Shown one piece after another: positions 13,545-30,792 of a stretch of 64,000 nucleotides of DNA; the first letter of the stretch is position 1, and every line of letters starts with the position of its first letter. The notes under the pieces were generated by a model, which saw only the letters and a list, made by a program, of their open reading frames with translations, did not search any database and was not told the DNA's origin. The DNA lies in contig JBHGNT010000006.1 of assembly GCA_043228905.1 (NCBI GenBank), positions 1,302,001 through 1,366,000 on the forward strand, in the 5' to 3' direction. The DNA comes from Azolla caroliniana. Its lineage: Eukaryota > Plantae > Polypodiophyta. A program made the translations under genes and the position numbers.

Positions 13545-13548
13545 ACGG

Positions 13549-15243
13549 GAGCCACAAACCTTTTTCGAAGCCGCAAAGGACCCGCGATGGATCGAAGCAA
13601 TGACTAAGGAGATGCGTCCACTACGCAAGAACGAGACATGGGATCTTGTTCCCCACTCACCGCACAAGAAGGCAATTGGCTGCAGATGGATCTACAAGGT
13701 GAAGTATAATGTTGACGGCTCTGTTACAAAGCTCGACTCGTAGCGAAAGGATACGCACAAACACATGGAGTCGACTATGAAGAGACCTTTGCCCCGCTGG
13801 CAAAGATGATGACGGTGCGGACCATGATCGCACTTGCAACGGCAAAAGGGTGGCAACTCCACCAAATGGACATCAAGAACGCCTTTCTTCGTGACGGCGA
13901 ATTAGACGAGGAGGTGTACATGGTACAACCACCCGGCTTCGAATCACGCATTCATCCAAAAGTCGTATGCCAACTCAAGAAGTCTCTCTACGGCCTCAAG
14001 CAAGCACCGCGTGCTTGGCATTCGAAGTTTACGCAATATCTTCATCAAATTGGATTTCGAATGTCGAAATCCGACAACTCCCTCTACGTACGCCACGACT
14101 CTAGAAGCCTAATTGTCATCATCCTTTACGTGAATGATCTGGTTATTGGAGGGCAACATTTAATCGACATCAAGAAGGTCAAGTCCCACCTCTCCAAAAA
14201 ATTCGAGATGACGGACATGAAGGAGCTTCATTACTTCCTAGGCATCGAGGTAATTCGAACTGCGACCGGCATTATGATCTCCCAACGGCACTACATCCTC
14301 AACTTGTTATACAAGTTCAGGATGACTCAGTGTAAATCTGTGGCAACCCCTCTCGATTGAAACCTCAAACTAGATGTTGACTCCATCACAGACGAGTGCG
14401 AGCCGACCCAATATTGTGATCGGGAGCCTCATCTATCTCACGATCACTCGACCCGACCTTAGCTATCTAGTCAGACTCCTTAGCCAATTCATGCAAACTC
14501 CGCAAGATATCCATTTCGATTGCGCAAAGCAAGTATCACGATACGTGAGCGGCACAATGGATTACGGCGTTCTATACGCATCAACCACACCAATACGACT
14601 CGAAGGGTACACATACGCGGACTGGGCAGGCTACAAAGCTAATTGACAATCGACCTCTGAATTTGTCTTCTCGCTCGATAACGAAGCAATATCTTGGAGT
14701 AGTAAGAAGCAGCCTATCGTCGCACTTTCGAGTACGGAGGCCAAATACAGGGGCGCAGTCGTAGCTGCATGTGAAGCTGTATGGCTCAAGAGGATTTTGA
14801 AGGATCTGGGTTTCCCCATCAAGGATCAGACTCCCATTTACTACGACAATATGAGCAGTATATATTTGGCTCGGAACCTGGTGTTCCACACGCGCACAAA
14901 GCACATCGAAGTGCACTACCACTTCATTCGAGAGCGCGTACAAGCCGAAGATGTCGACCTTCAACACATCAACACGAATCTTCAGACGGCGGACATCTTC
15001 ACCAAAGCCTTAGGAGCCGACAAGCTTCGGCAATTCATGTCAGACCTTAGATTGACGATAGTTGACTTGCCAAGCATGAGGGGGAGTACAAGCGAGAACC
15101 AGATACCGTCTGAACCGGGTATGAGCCAAAGCAAATATCGGATACCGCTTGAACCGAGTATGAGCCGAAGCAAACACCGTAGATCGTCTGAACTGAATAC
15201 GAGCCGAAGCGGACATCCACCGAAAGGAACCGACCCGAGTTGA
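13549..15243 (+). pseudogene. Copia A reverse transcriptase / RNase H
   Basis: [49 protein letters not shown], with frameshifts and stops. Three 39-bp repeats at about 15100-15215. Confidence 0.9.
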
Positions 15244-15586
15244 GCTTAATCCGTGATTACGCAAAGGTCAAGAGTCACACTACTACTCTCTACACATTAA
15301 CTATGTGTCATAGAATCATATTCTATGACACATAACTAATGAGTTACATGTTCCCCATGATTATGAGTCTTCCCATTCCCCAAGAGAAAGAGTGGTTGTT
15401 GTAAAGTTAATGAAGAGAGAGGGTGACTCTATATAAAGCACCCTCTTCATACTTCATACTAAGTCGGTTGTGACTCCTTATTATACTACATTGTGTAATT
15501 CTTATTCTACTTGTGAAATATACATCTTCTTCTTCTTGAGTATTCTATTTATCTATCTTGTGTTCTCTTCTCTTCTCTATTCTTCT

Positions 15587-15638
<52 letters not shown>

Positions 15639-17199
15639 ACACACATATCTATTCCGCTGCACAAGAATCACCATCGATTCTTTACATTAGAATAGCATGA
15701 GTAATCATTTGAGTGAATTTCTCGAGTCCCTTTCAGTGATATTTTGGGAATTATGGTGTATATAAGCTGCATTTAGATCATTTGCCCTTCGATTACCTCC
15801 ACGCTCTCTCTCAAGCTTATTGCAAACCCTAAATCCTAAACCCTACATAATGGGCATTCAACTCTAAATATATGAAAGTAACGTTGGGCCGGTCATCGGT
15901 TTGAGCCCCATGATCGACGGTCATTGCTCACAATTACTTTAGAAAATGTTGAATGAAGATAGATAAAGATACTAAACAAGCATGTTGACCTAGCTCTAAT
16001 GGATTAGCACAAGCCTCTTACCACTTGTGGTCATAGGTTTGCACCTCATTGCTTGTTACATAAAATGTCATCAAAATCTAACTAAGCCGCAAGAGACCTT
16101 GATTATATTAACGGTATAACCAACCTTGCTCAGATGAAAAACGCCAAAGCTCTTATTCTTGTGGTCATGGGTTCATGCTGCATAGTCAACAACCATTGCT
16201 CATTAAGTAAAAAATTAGTCATGCCCATCCAAAACTAAATATATGAAATTTGTTGCTACATAAAATGTTCATACAACTACAAATATGTAAAAATAAGTAG
16301 GTTGAGCTGGCCAAAATAAAATGGATGGTCATAGGTTGAGCCAGCCTAGCTTAGAACATCTATGCTTGTCTAGAGGAGATGCATCGTGACAGTCATTACT
16401 TGTAGTTAAAATGTTCATCACATTCTAGATATATGAAAGTACGTCCAACACTAGAGACAAAGCTATGAGCAACAAGAGGCTGAATAGCGCCACCATAGCA
16501 AATCTAAACAACAAGAGGAGAATCAACAACGTAGTCAGTTCAAGGCCGATGACAAGGAAATAGTTCGTGGCATCTCCATCCTAAGGTATGTTATTACGAT
16601 TCATGGATTTTGGCTAATTGGAGTTTGTCGATTACCCAGTTAACTTGGAGTTGGTAGAGCATGATACCCGAAGAAAAAGGTAAACATTGGCATCACATCA
16701 CAAAATCTTATCTACCAGGCAATGATGATCCCATTACTAATTTCAATGCATCTCTCTCAAGGTGTCTATTGAAGAAGCTATAGAAAGCGAAGAGACAATC
16801 ATGCATATAATATAAGTTAGAGCTATCTATGTATGTATACATATACAATCCCTTCTGCTTTGAGAAACATGCTAAAAACAAATTGAGTCTCTCCCGCTGC
16901 GTTGTTTCATTTTGAATTATGCATCATGCAACAATGTCTGTTAGTTTAACAAAGAGAAGCTATGGGAGACATGTAGAGTTACACTAACTAGAGAGATATC
17001 TGTCCGCACACCTTCCCAGGTGTTGGTTGCTTTATTGCGTTGAACCATCTGACATAGCAACCTAATCACTTCGATATTATCCCTGTCTGGAAGCATCTTT
17101 TTTCCACAACTAATGAACCATTTGGGTGCATGCACACTGCACACATAATCACCATGACAATGTAACCAAATGCACCAATTTGATTCCATTTGAGATGTA

Positions 17200-17672
17200 T
17201 TAAATTCAAATGTAATTGATTCAAACATTTAATGTATATCAGAAAACTCATGATCTATATTTATAATGTTTATCACTGTACCTATAAAAACACTTGAATG
17301 CCTTATGTACGAGTTCTGAGCTGGAGACCCCACTGTATTTATTTCTTAGACCTATGGCCTACACAAATAACCACATAAGTAGTCTTATCCATATTTTTTA
17401 TTTTTCTTTAACTAAAGAACTGACCTATCTAAATAATTTTATGTTCTTGAAGAGCACTTAAATTCAAATGCAATGAATTCAAACATTTAATGTATATCAG
17501 AAAACTCATGATCTATTATCGCTGAACCTATACGAAGACTTGAATGCCTTATGTACGAGTTCTGAACTTGAGACCCCACTGTATTTATTTCTTAGACCAA
17601 TGGCCTACACAAATAACCATATAAGTAGTCTTATTCATATTTTTTATTTTTCTTTAACTAAAGAACTTACCT
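17200..17672. repeat. Diverged tandem duplication of about 220 bp
   Basis: 17200-17426 resembles 17459-17672 (AAATTCAAATG...GAGACCCCACTGTATTTATTTCTTAGACC...AACTAAAGAACT). Confidence 0.85.
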
Positions 17673-18476
17673 GAAGAATATGAGACATGAATTCCTCAGT
17701 CCCTCTACAATCTTGATTTTTCTAATGAAAATATTACGTATCTGCATCTAATTTCCAAATTTTCACCATGATACAAGAATCATGTGTCTTTCGTTTCCTA
17801 GACATCGGTCAATTAGCACCACCAAAGTCCTTGTCCCAATTTCTTTCACTTTGAATTGTAAGAAACATTGCTTTTAAATTACACAATTGTTGCTTACAAC
17901 ACTCATAACTTGTTCACTCTCAATAATGCCTGCACAAAAGCAAGCCTAAAACTTCATAGGCACCAAAACACCGCATACAAGTTCATAGGCACCAAGAAAC
18001 ATCATATACAAGACTCCCACCATTATAAAAAATTGCATATTTTGTTACCATTACTCACCTTAAAGATTAGATCCACGTTATGCCTACTATCACATTGTAT
18101 AAAGGTTTTCCATCTTATGACAGCAGGAACATTTTCCAATCTTCTTGATTATTTTACGACAAACAGTCTTATCAGAAAAGACAGAAAAGAATGACCTAGA
18201 AATTCTCGCATTATTGCAGCCTATTTACTTCATTAGATATGTTAGTGTCAGAGAGGAATCCTCACCTAGGAACAATGTAAAAGGAATCTGAAAAATACTT
18301 GAAGTAGGAAAAGAAAAACATTGTCAATAGAAATAGATAAGTTAATATAGCAAAACATTTACAGAGAAATCAGGTTATTGTTGGTCAGTTTGAAACACTA
18401 TGAAGTGGCCCAATCAGTTTCACAAAATGAAGACCTTTGTTTGTTTCACACAGGTTTGTATGTTGTAACATGACTA

Positions 18477-21400
18477 TCAGCGTCGGTATGGTGAATACTG
18501 TGGAGACCGAGATCTATCTCTTCCATAGTTTCGATGAGAGTATCGTGGAGATCGATCACGCTCTCGTTCCCAATCACGTTCCCGACTACCACGATAAGGA
18601 GAGTACCGAGGAGAATGCCTAGATCTGTGGTTGTCTCTTTCGTGATCTCTATCACGATGATAATCTCGACCATAGCTTCTCGAACTACTCCTTAATGCAG
18701 CTGCAGTACCATAACATACATATAGATATCAAGTTCCATTACTAGAGAAGTATCAATGGCACTGAGAGGCCATAATCAATATACACTAAAACGCACACAA
18801 ACCTCGAACACCTAGATATGCACCAGGTGTGGGTGTCCTTGCCCTTGTTCGTTTAGCCTGCAACATCCAGTATGTTAAGCAAGTCTCAAAGTACTGTACA
18901 GATGATTGTATACATTAGCTTACCAATACAGTTAACTCAAGCTTAGATGCAGTATATGCACATTTTACACTCAAACTCAAACTCATACACTGTCAATCGT
19001 GCGCTTGGGAGGATCAACAGCAGGTTTTCAAATGAGGGAGACAATGACCATAACACTAACTTAAGCAAATAACTATCCCTCTAATGATCGGTATCGACCT
19101 TACTAACCATTAATTTTCCGAATTAGGAAACTCGAACTCGATATAAAGCATTGTAAAGAAGGAATAGGGAAGGACATGACTGCTGCATAATCATTCAGCA
19201 AAAGTTGAGGGGCCAGAAAATAGCACTACACAATTCTCAATTTGGCGATGCTGTTGTTGATGAGAATTGGAATGAAAATGAATGCTTGCTTGGGCAGATA
19301 TTCTTGAGGAGCAGTCTTGAAATTAAAGTTTTCAGCATAGCTTGCATTGACGGCAAAGGTCGAGGGGGCAGAGATATGCACTACACAGTTCTCAATTTGG
19401 TGATGCTGTTGTTGACAAGGATTTGTATGAAAATGCTTGCTTGGGCTGATATTCCTCATGAACCCCGATGTTGAAATTAAAAGTTATTGAGATAGCTTGG
19501 ATTGATTTCTGAACGATCATATACGTTCCAAGGAATGCAAACAAAAATTAGCAACATCACAAAGCCTTCTTTACTTTTCAGCTAACCCTATAAATAGGGA
19601 TTTCTCCTTTCACACAAGAAAAACGACAGCTCACCTTCTCAACAGTTATGATCCGGCCCTCCAATGTAGATCGATTCAAATACTTGATGCACCTTTCTGC
19701 ATCTTCAAGTGTTTCCATTGTTACAAAGGCAAAACCTCTTGACTCATGGGATCGAGGATCAACCACCAACCTACACTCAACCACCTGAAAAAAAGATTGT
19801 ATAAACGTTTTCAGTTTTAAGGTGCATACAAAATGCATCCTAGAATTAGGTAGGGAAAGCTATGAAATAAGCTAAGTTCTTCTTTCCCCAGAAGCCATTG
19901 GAGTTTTGTTATTTCCCTATATAGACAAGTGGCTGAACTGACTAGATAATTGGTTAAATAGCACATATAGTTAAGAAATGGGATGTGAATTGACAATATA
20001 ATTACCCTATTAGCATTTGATTGCTATTTTACGTCTCAATTGACAGCATAATTTCTCAATTAGAATTTGGGAAATAAAGGCTTAGAATTGACAGCACAAT
20101 TAGAATTTGGGAAATAAAGGAAAAACTCAATTAACTATCACACGTTCATAGGCTCAAATTAATCCCTACCTTTCCTTCACCAGCAAAGTGTTCTTCTAAC
20201 TCTTTCTCTGTCACACGAGTTGATAATCCAGTGACATATAGATTGTTCCCAGGGTTCGTAACATTCTCTTTGCTTCCATTTCGTCTACACATCCAAGTTG
20301 TTATAATTCAAACTTCCTGTTGAAATTGTTGCTTCAACAGTGAAATATTAAGCATGAATAGAATCATGAAAAAATAATATAACAATGCAAGCCCAACCTT
20401 CATCAGTGACTTAGACAAAATCAAATTATGTAGATCCTTTCATATAAATAGATTACACAGCAATCTAAACATTATCAAGTTACATAAACCTCCTCCTCAG
20501 GACTCAATGACAAAGCATTTCTCTCCCTCTCTCTCTCAGACTCTGCGGGTACTTATACATATACACATAAAAATAACTCTGAACTTGATGCATAAGAGCT
20601 TGATAAAAATCATCTAATCATGAAGATGTCTAAACATGATTAGGTTGCATTCGTCTTATCAGAACTTAAACATAATCTGATTACATGGATCTCCTCCTTT
20701 CAGGACTCGATGACAAAGCATCCCCCTTTCTCTCTCCCTCTCTCTCAGACTGTGTGTGTACTTATTACATATACATCTATATATACTAGACATAACCATT
20801 TTACACATTATAAACCCCAGAATTCATTCTTTGTCGGATGACACGAGCATATATTACATATGCTCTCAAATGCATCCTTCCAGGCTTTACATATATAACA
20901 CAGACATTAAGAAGACTTAAAGATGTATATTACATAGATCTCTAATGAATCAATGCATGATTTAAACGTGATCAGATTGTGTCGCTGTCAAATAGATCCT
21001 TTCACAACTTAGACAAGACCATACTATATATGTCTCACGTTAACTCAAAACATAATATACATGTATCTCAAACCATAAACATCACTAGATCTCAAATACA
21101 TCATTTCAAACAGTAAAACATGACTATATTCCACAAATCTTAACAGCATCATTGTAGAAAATCGTACATGGCCGCATTACACAGATACCCCATGTATCAT
21201 TGCAGAAAAACAAACATGATCACACAACACTTGAGTCGAATACAACTAGATCTCAAATGCATCATTTCAAACGGTAAAACATGACCATATTCCACAAATC
21301 TTAAAGGCATCATTGTAGAAAACCATCCATGACCGCATTACACAGATCTCCAATGCACCATTGCAGAAAACCAAACATGACCACACAATACAAACGTCGA

Positions 21401-21809
21401 AGATATAATCTCAGGACCTAACCATGTCCACTCTTCGAAACGCAGCAAGAGAACAATATTTGCAAAGTAAAGCTTACTTTCTCTCAGGACTCCTCGAATA
21501 TCGTCTAGCAGGGCTTCTTGATCTAGAAACCCTTCTTCTAGGTGAAAGAGAATCAGAATACCTGCACACAGTCACGCAGAACGGGATGTAGAACACACGA
21601 TGCAAATATATATGTGGATAAACGAGAAAACTTCACAAGGAATGCATTCCCTTACCTCCCACGCCTTGGAGAAACGCCCTGAGGAAACAGTCACCAAAAA
21701 ACAGAGAAGAAAGAGAGTTAGATCTATGCATTGTGAACGGGGAAGAGAATATTTGAGACACAGTGCAGACGGAGAGAAATGGAGGATGAAAAGTGTATAC
21801 TTTTACCAT
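18477..21809 (-). CDS. SR45a: Serine/arginine-rich splicing factor SR45a-like (Tra2-like; RS-RRM-RS)
   Basis: Phase-consistent GT-AG exons: 21809-21807 (ATG), 21678-21656, 21561-21478, 20284-20170 (NPGNNLYVTGLSTRVT), 19784-19635 (SRGFAFVTM...ITVEK), 18857-18803 (AKRTRARTPTPGAYLG), 18700-18477 (RS/RD-rich, SPQYSPYRR*). Confidence 0.9.
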
Positions 21810-23161
21810 CGCTAAACGTAGAGCAACAGATGACGAAGTCGCAGAGAAGAGGAGGGGAGGGAAGTGGAAGCAGCCCTAAATTTCAACAGAGAGAGGAGAG
21901 ACCCAATTATGTAAATAGCTCATAAAATACTTGCTGCTTTTTTTCTTCGTCAGGTACGCAGACCATGACAAATACATACATATACGTATATACATATACA
22001 TACATGTGTGTGTACAGATATTTACATATACGTATATACATACCTCCTCCGCTCTTTTTTCATCGAACACGCAATTCCTCAAAAAACGAAAGACTTCCGT
22101 CTTGTCCTCTTTGTTTTGAGATGTGTGCGATCCGCTCTTGTTTCATTTGCTCTTTTGGCAGCTTAAAAAGACTTCCGCAGACATGACAATGCGAAACAGG
22201 CCCATTTTGTGAGAAAAAATGTCCATGGTTTAATTTTCACAATTGCAAGGAATTGTCCAAATACCCCAAATGTGGGCTTGCAACTACTTTTTATTGTCCT
22301 AGCTTTTCTTCCCCTCTAGCAATCTTTTGCACAAAACTTCAGGAAGAGCTTCACATCCTATATTGCTCTTCTTTCCGGAATCTTGCAAAATGTATATACC
22401 TCGTATCTCTTGAGAGCCATCTTCTCTTTGCCAACCACCATGTAAGAAACAATAACAATAGCTTCTTTGCGAAAATTGTCAATTAATTGACTAAACAAAT
22501 TTGTTTGTGGAAGGGTGACATTAGTGCTTAGTTTTGAAATATGTCAATCTATGTACATGTTGTGGTGGTACTCAAATGTACCATGAACATCCAATACTCG
22601 AGGTGATAAAACACAATCTCTTACGATATGGACGGTAAAAGCTCGGACTACTTCGAGAGGGAAATGCAAAATTGCCCATGTTGCAACTCCAAGGATTGTA
22701 AACCAGGGAAATTCTCAGTGTTTGTTTATACTCGAAAATAAATAGGTCAAGCAGTTTATTTTCCCCCCTCCTCATGCATTACAATTTACAACCACAACTG
22801 ATCCCACACTTTCCATATCTAGAGATTTGGTCAAGAGAACCTTGAATAGATAATAATATGCCATTAAATTATATAGATATATATATATATATATATCCCA
22901 TATATCTACAACCACAATTGATCGCACATTTTCCATATCTAGAGATTTGGTCAAGAGTGGTGGAGAAATATATATATATATATATATCCTAACTTCTAAG
23001 TGTAGTGGAGAATATGCCATGCATATCCAACTCAAAATGGTTGGCCGTCCAAAACCTCAGCCCATGGCTGGACATTTTTAGGTCAGTAAGAATAAGAACA
23101 GCATACAAAGCATACGTACATTCTCTTGTCCTGCTTCATCTTCTTTCCGAGCGATCCAGCG
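21810..23161. promoter_or_regulatory. Intergenic region between divergent genes (candidate bidirectional promoter plus 5' UTRs)
   Basis: The ATGs of SR45a (21809, minus) and the G-patch gene (23162, plus) are about 1.35 kb apart. Contains (TA)n tracts and a duplication with about 120-bp spacing (22788-22956). Confidence 0.5.
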
Positions 23162-28180
<5,019 letters not shown>

Positions 28181-28929
28181 GCATTACTACCTCCAACTCT
28201 CTATATATGTTGTATATAGCTAAATATTCTAGTTGTCTTTCATTCAGATTCCGGCTAGACTTGCCAACAAAAATAGAATTTGGTCTTGAACACATACAAC
28301 CAAAACTTTATTCATGTATCACAGTTAACCTCATGATGTCATACATGATAACTGCTGTAGAAAGTTTCTAACCCATGAATATTTTCGTTTTTGTTAACTG
28401 GGGGGTCAATTTCCTACTTGCTTCAACTGAAGGGAGGTCCAATGTGAATTTGGGAGTTGAACCTTTAATCTATGATACAAGTCAAGAACTCATCGACATT
28501 TGTATCTTGAAAAGGTTGAAAGTTATCTACTATTATGAAAGGACTCTTTGACATTTACATCTTGAAAGATGTAAATTTCAACTTCCATTTGGATGGTTTT
28601 TGGGGAGCAATAGTCTGTTGTCCCCTTAGCTCATTTTTTTTCACCCTAGATGATATTGGTAACAACATGTCTCAAATTCGCTGTAATTTAATGCTTTTTG
28701 TTATATTGAAGGTTCCACTAAGGTAAATCTTTTTATCATAATGTAACTGAAATGAGAAGATTCACAAGTACTACGACAAAGGCACACAACCATATTTAGT
28801 GGTCTTTTATTAGGATCAGTGCCTTTCAAACTAAAACATATTAAAATTGGATGGTTTTGTTTCTCATACAATCTGGTTTATCAGGAACTGCCTTATTAGT
28901 TAACATATGATATGGCTTCAATTTAGCCT

Positions 28930-29360
28930 AATGTGTAAAGCATTGCATGTGTTTATGGTTGTGGGAAATGCCTAAAAAAACATTATCTGTCAAAGTCTTT
29001 GGAGGTTATATTTGAAGAAAGAAATTTTAACTTCTTGGTGTGAAGGTGAAAATTGACGAAGAAGATCTACCCATTAACTTGTTGGCTTCTTTTGCAAAAT
29101 TGTGCAAGACTTTTGTGACCAAGTTACTTGCTGAGAACCAAACTTTATGGTGGATTAAATGAGAGTAATTGTCTGGATACAGAGGTCAAACAACCAAACA
29201 GTTAAATTTTTTATTGCAATCAAAACATGCCAAATCCAAATGTGGTGGAAGTAGTCTCATGCGAAAATTGGCCAAAGTGATTTTTCTTAGTTGCATCCAC
29301 GGAGATGTGAAGTTTTATTACTTAGCTCTTGAGAGGTATTAGAAAATTATGGTGCATATT
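28930..29360 (+). mobile_element. Ancient copia gag relic
   Basis: KVKIDEEDLPINLLASF...TFVT at about 29043-29120 resembles the copia gag motif VKIxEEDxAxxLLASLP. Otherwise heavily degraded. Confidence 0.4.
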
Positions 29361-30399
29361 AGAAAGAGATTCAAAGATAAAGCAGAATCAAAAGTCACAC
29401 AGACAAATGTTGCGCCCAATAAAACCAATGAAATATGCAAATGCAAAGTTTCAATGAACAGCGTTTATATGAAAAATGTTGCCCCCAATAAAACCAATGA
29501 ATGAAGATGAAACATCTCTCTCTCAAAACACAATTATAATAGTGAATGTATGTGAAAAACATTACAATGTTACTCCAAATTGAGTAGAATCACCGCTACA
29601 TAGGTAGCCAGACATATTGAATCGCCAATAGGCAAGATGAACAAAATTGAGGAAAGAATGTCGATCGACTTGCTCTTATAAACAAAATTGCAACATCGGT
29701 ACCCCCTCTCAACTTTTGTCGACATGCCCTAAATACTCCATGCATACCATCAAATACGAAAAGCAATTATGTATATCTCAATTATGACGTGACCCTAATA
29801 TCTCCAAAATAAAAAAAGTATCTCCATATCTAATTTCGACTTGACCTATGTGAATTGTGCAAATACCCACTATCATGACATAAAATAACTACAAATTTGA
29901 GAAATATAACCCCAAATCATACAAGTAATTAGACATTCTATGGAAGAATGAGTATTATCTTCCACCTGAACAATTCAAAAGACATAGTTGCTAGTTCAAG
30001 TCTCTCTAGAGTTAAATTCAAAGGCAAAACCCCAATCAATACTCTCCAAATGGAGACCTGTTATTAGTGACAATTTCGAATGTTAATTACGCTTCAAAAT
30101 TTTCCACCATCCATAATTAAAGTTGTATACCTTCCATTCTTGTCCAACATTAGATGATAACCATCAAAGAGACTCAATGAAGCAACAATACAAGAGATAA
30201 GTGGTCACTTGTAAGGTCAACGTTTGGCCCAATCAACCCATGGTTGGTCTTTGGTTTTCGATAGGTAAAGGACTTTGCATCAATGTTACCTTCTCTCTCT
30301 ATGTGTAAATAGTATTGCATTGATTAATAAACTTGAATTACAATTGATAATTATAATATCCTATCAACTCACCACAAAATCAATGAGGGTTCCCTTTAC

Positions 30400-30792
30400 G
30401 GTCCTTAGTCTCTAGGTAAATCATTATGGACCGACCTATTAGTTCATTGTCTCTAGGTACATCATCATGGACCTAAACAATCCTTTGTCTCTAGGTACAT
30501 CATCATGGACCTAAAAAATCCTTTGTCTCTAGGTACAACATTAGTAGCCAAATATATCCAAGGAAACTAATGGATATGATGCCTTGATAATTTACAAATC
30601 CCCCATTTCTCTCGGAAGGCATCCTCAACTCCATGAAACACATTGAAAAATGGTGTTTAACATCCCTGTTAGAGAAGTAGGTATCCTCAACTTCATGAAA
30701 CACATATTGAAAAAGGGAGTTTGGCACTCCACTTGGAGAAGGAGGCATCCTCAACTCCATGAAACACATATTGGAAAAAGGAGTTTGAAACC
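30400..30792. repeat. Two adjacent minisatellites (about 38-bp unit x4 and about 63-bp unit x3)
   Basis: TGTCTCTAGGTACATCATCATGGACC units at 30400-30540. GGCATCCTCAACTCCATGAAACAC units at 30618-30792. Confidence 0.8.

Larger units (their letters stand above)
3476..15686 (+). mobile_element. Ty1/copia LTR retrotransposon A (decayed; host of nested B and C)
   Basis: TG...CA ends and TSD TTAGA (3471-3475 / 15687-15691). 5' LTR 3476-3929; PBS TGGTATAAGAGC 3930-3941; 3' LTR 15248-15686, 5'-truncated. Domain order gag-PR-INT-RT-RH. Confidence 0.95.

Noticed and set aside
15825-15845. Telomere-like AAACCCT repeats
   Set aside because: Only about three imperfect units, at most a telobox-like motif.
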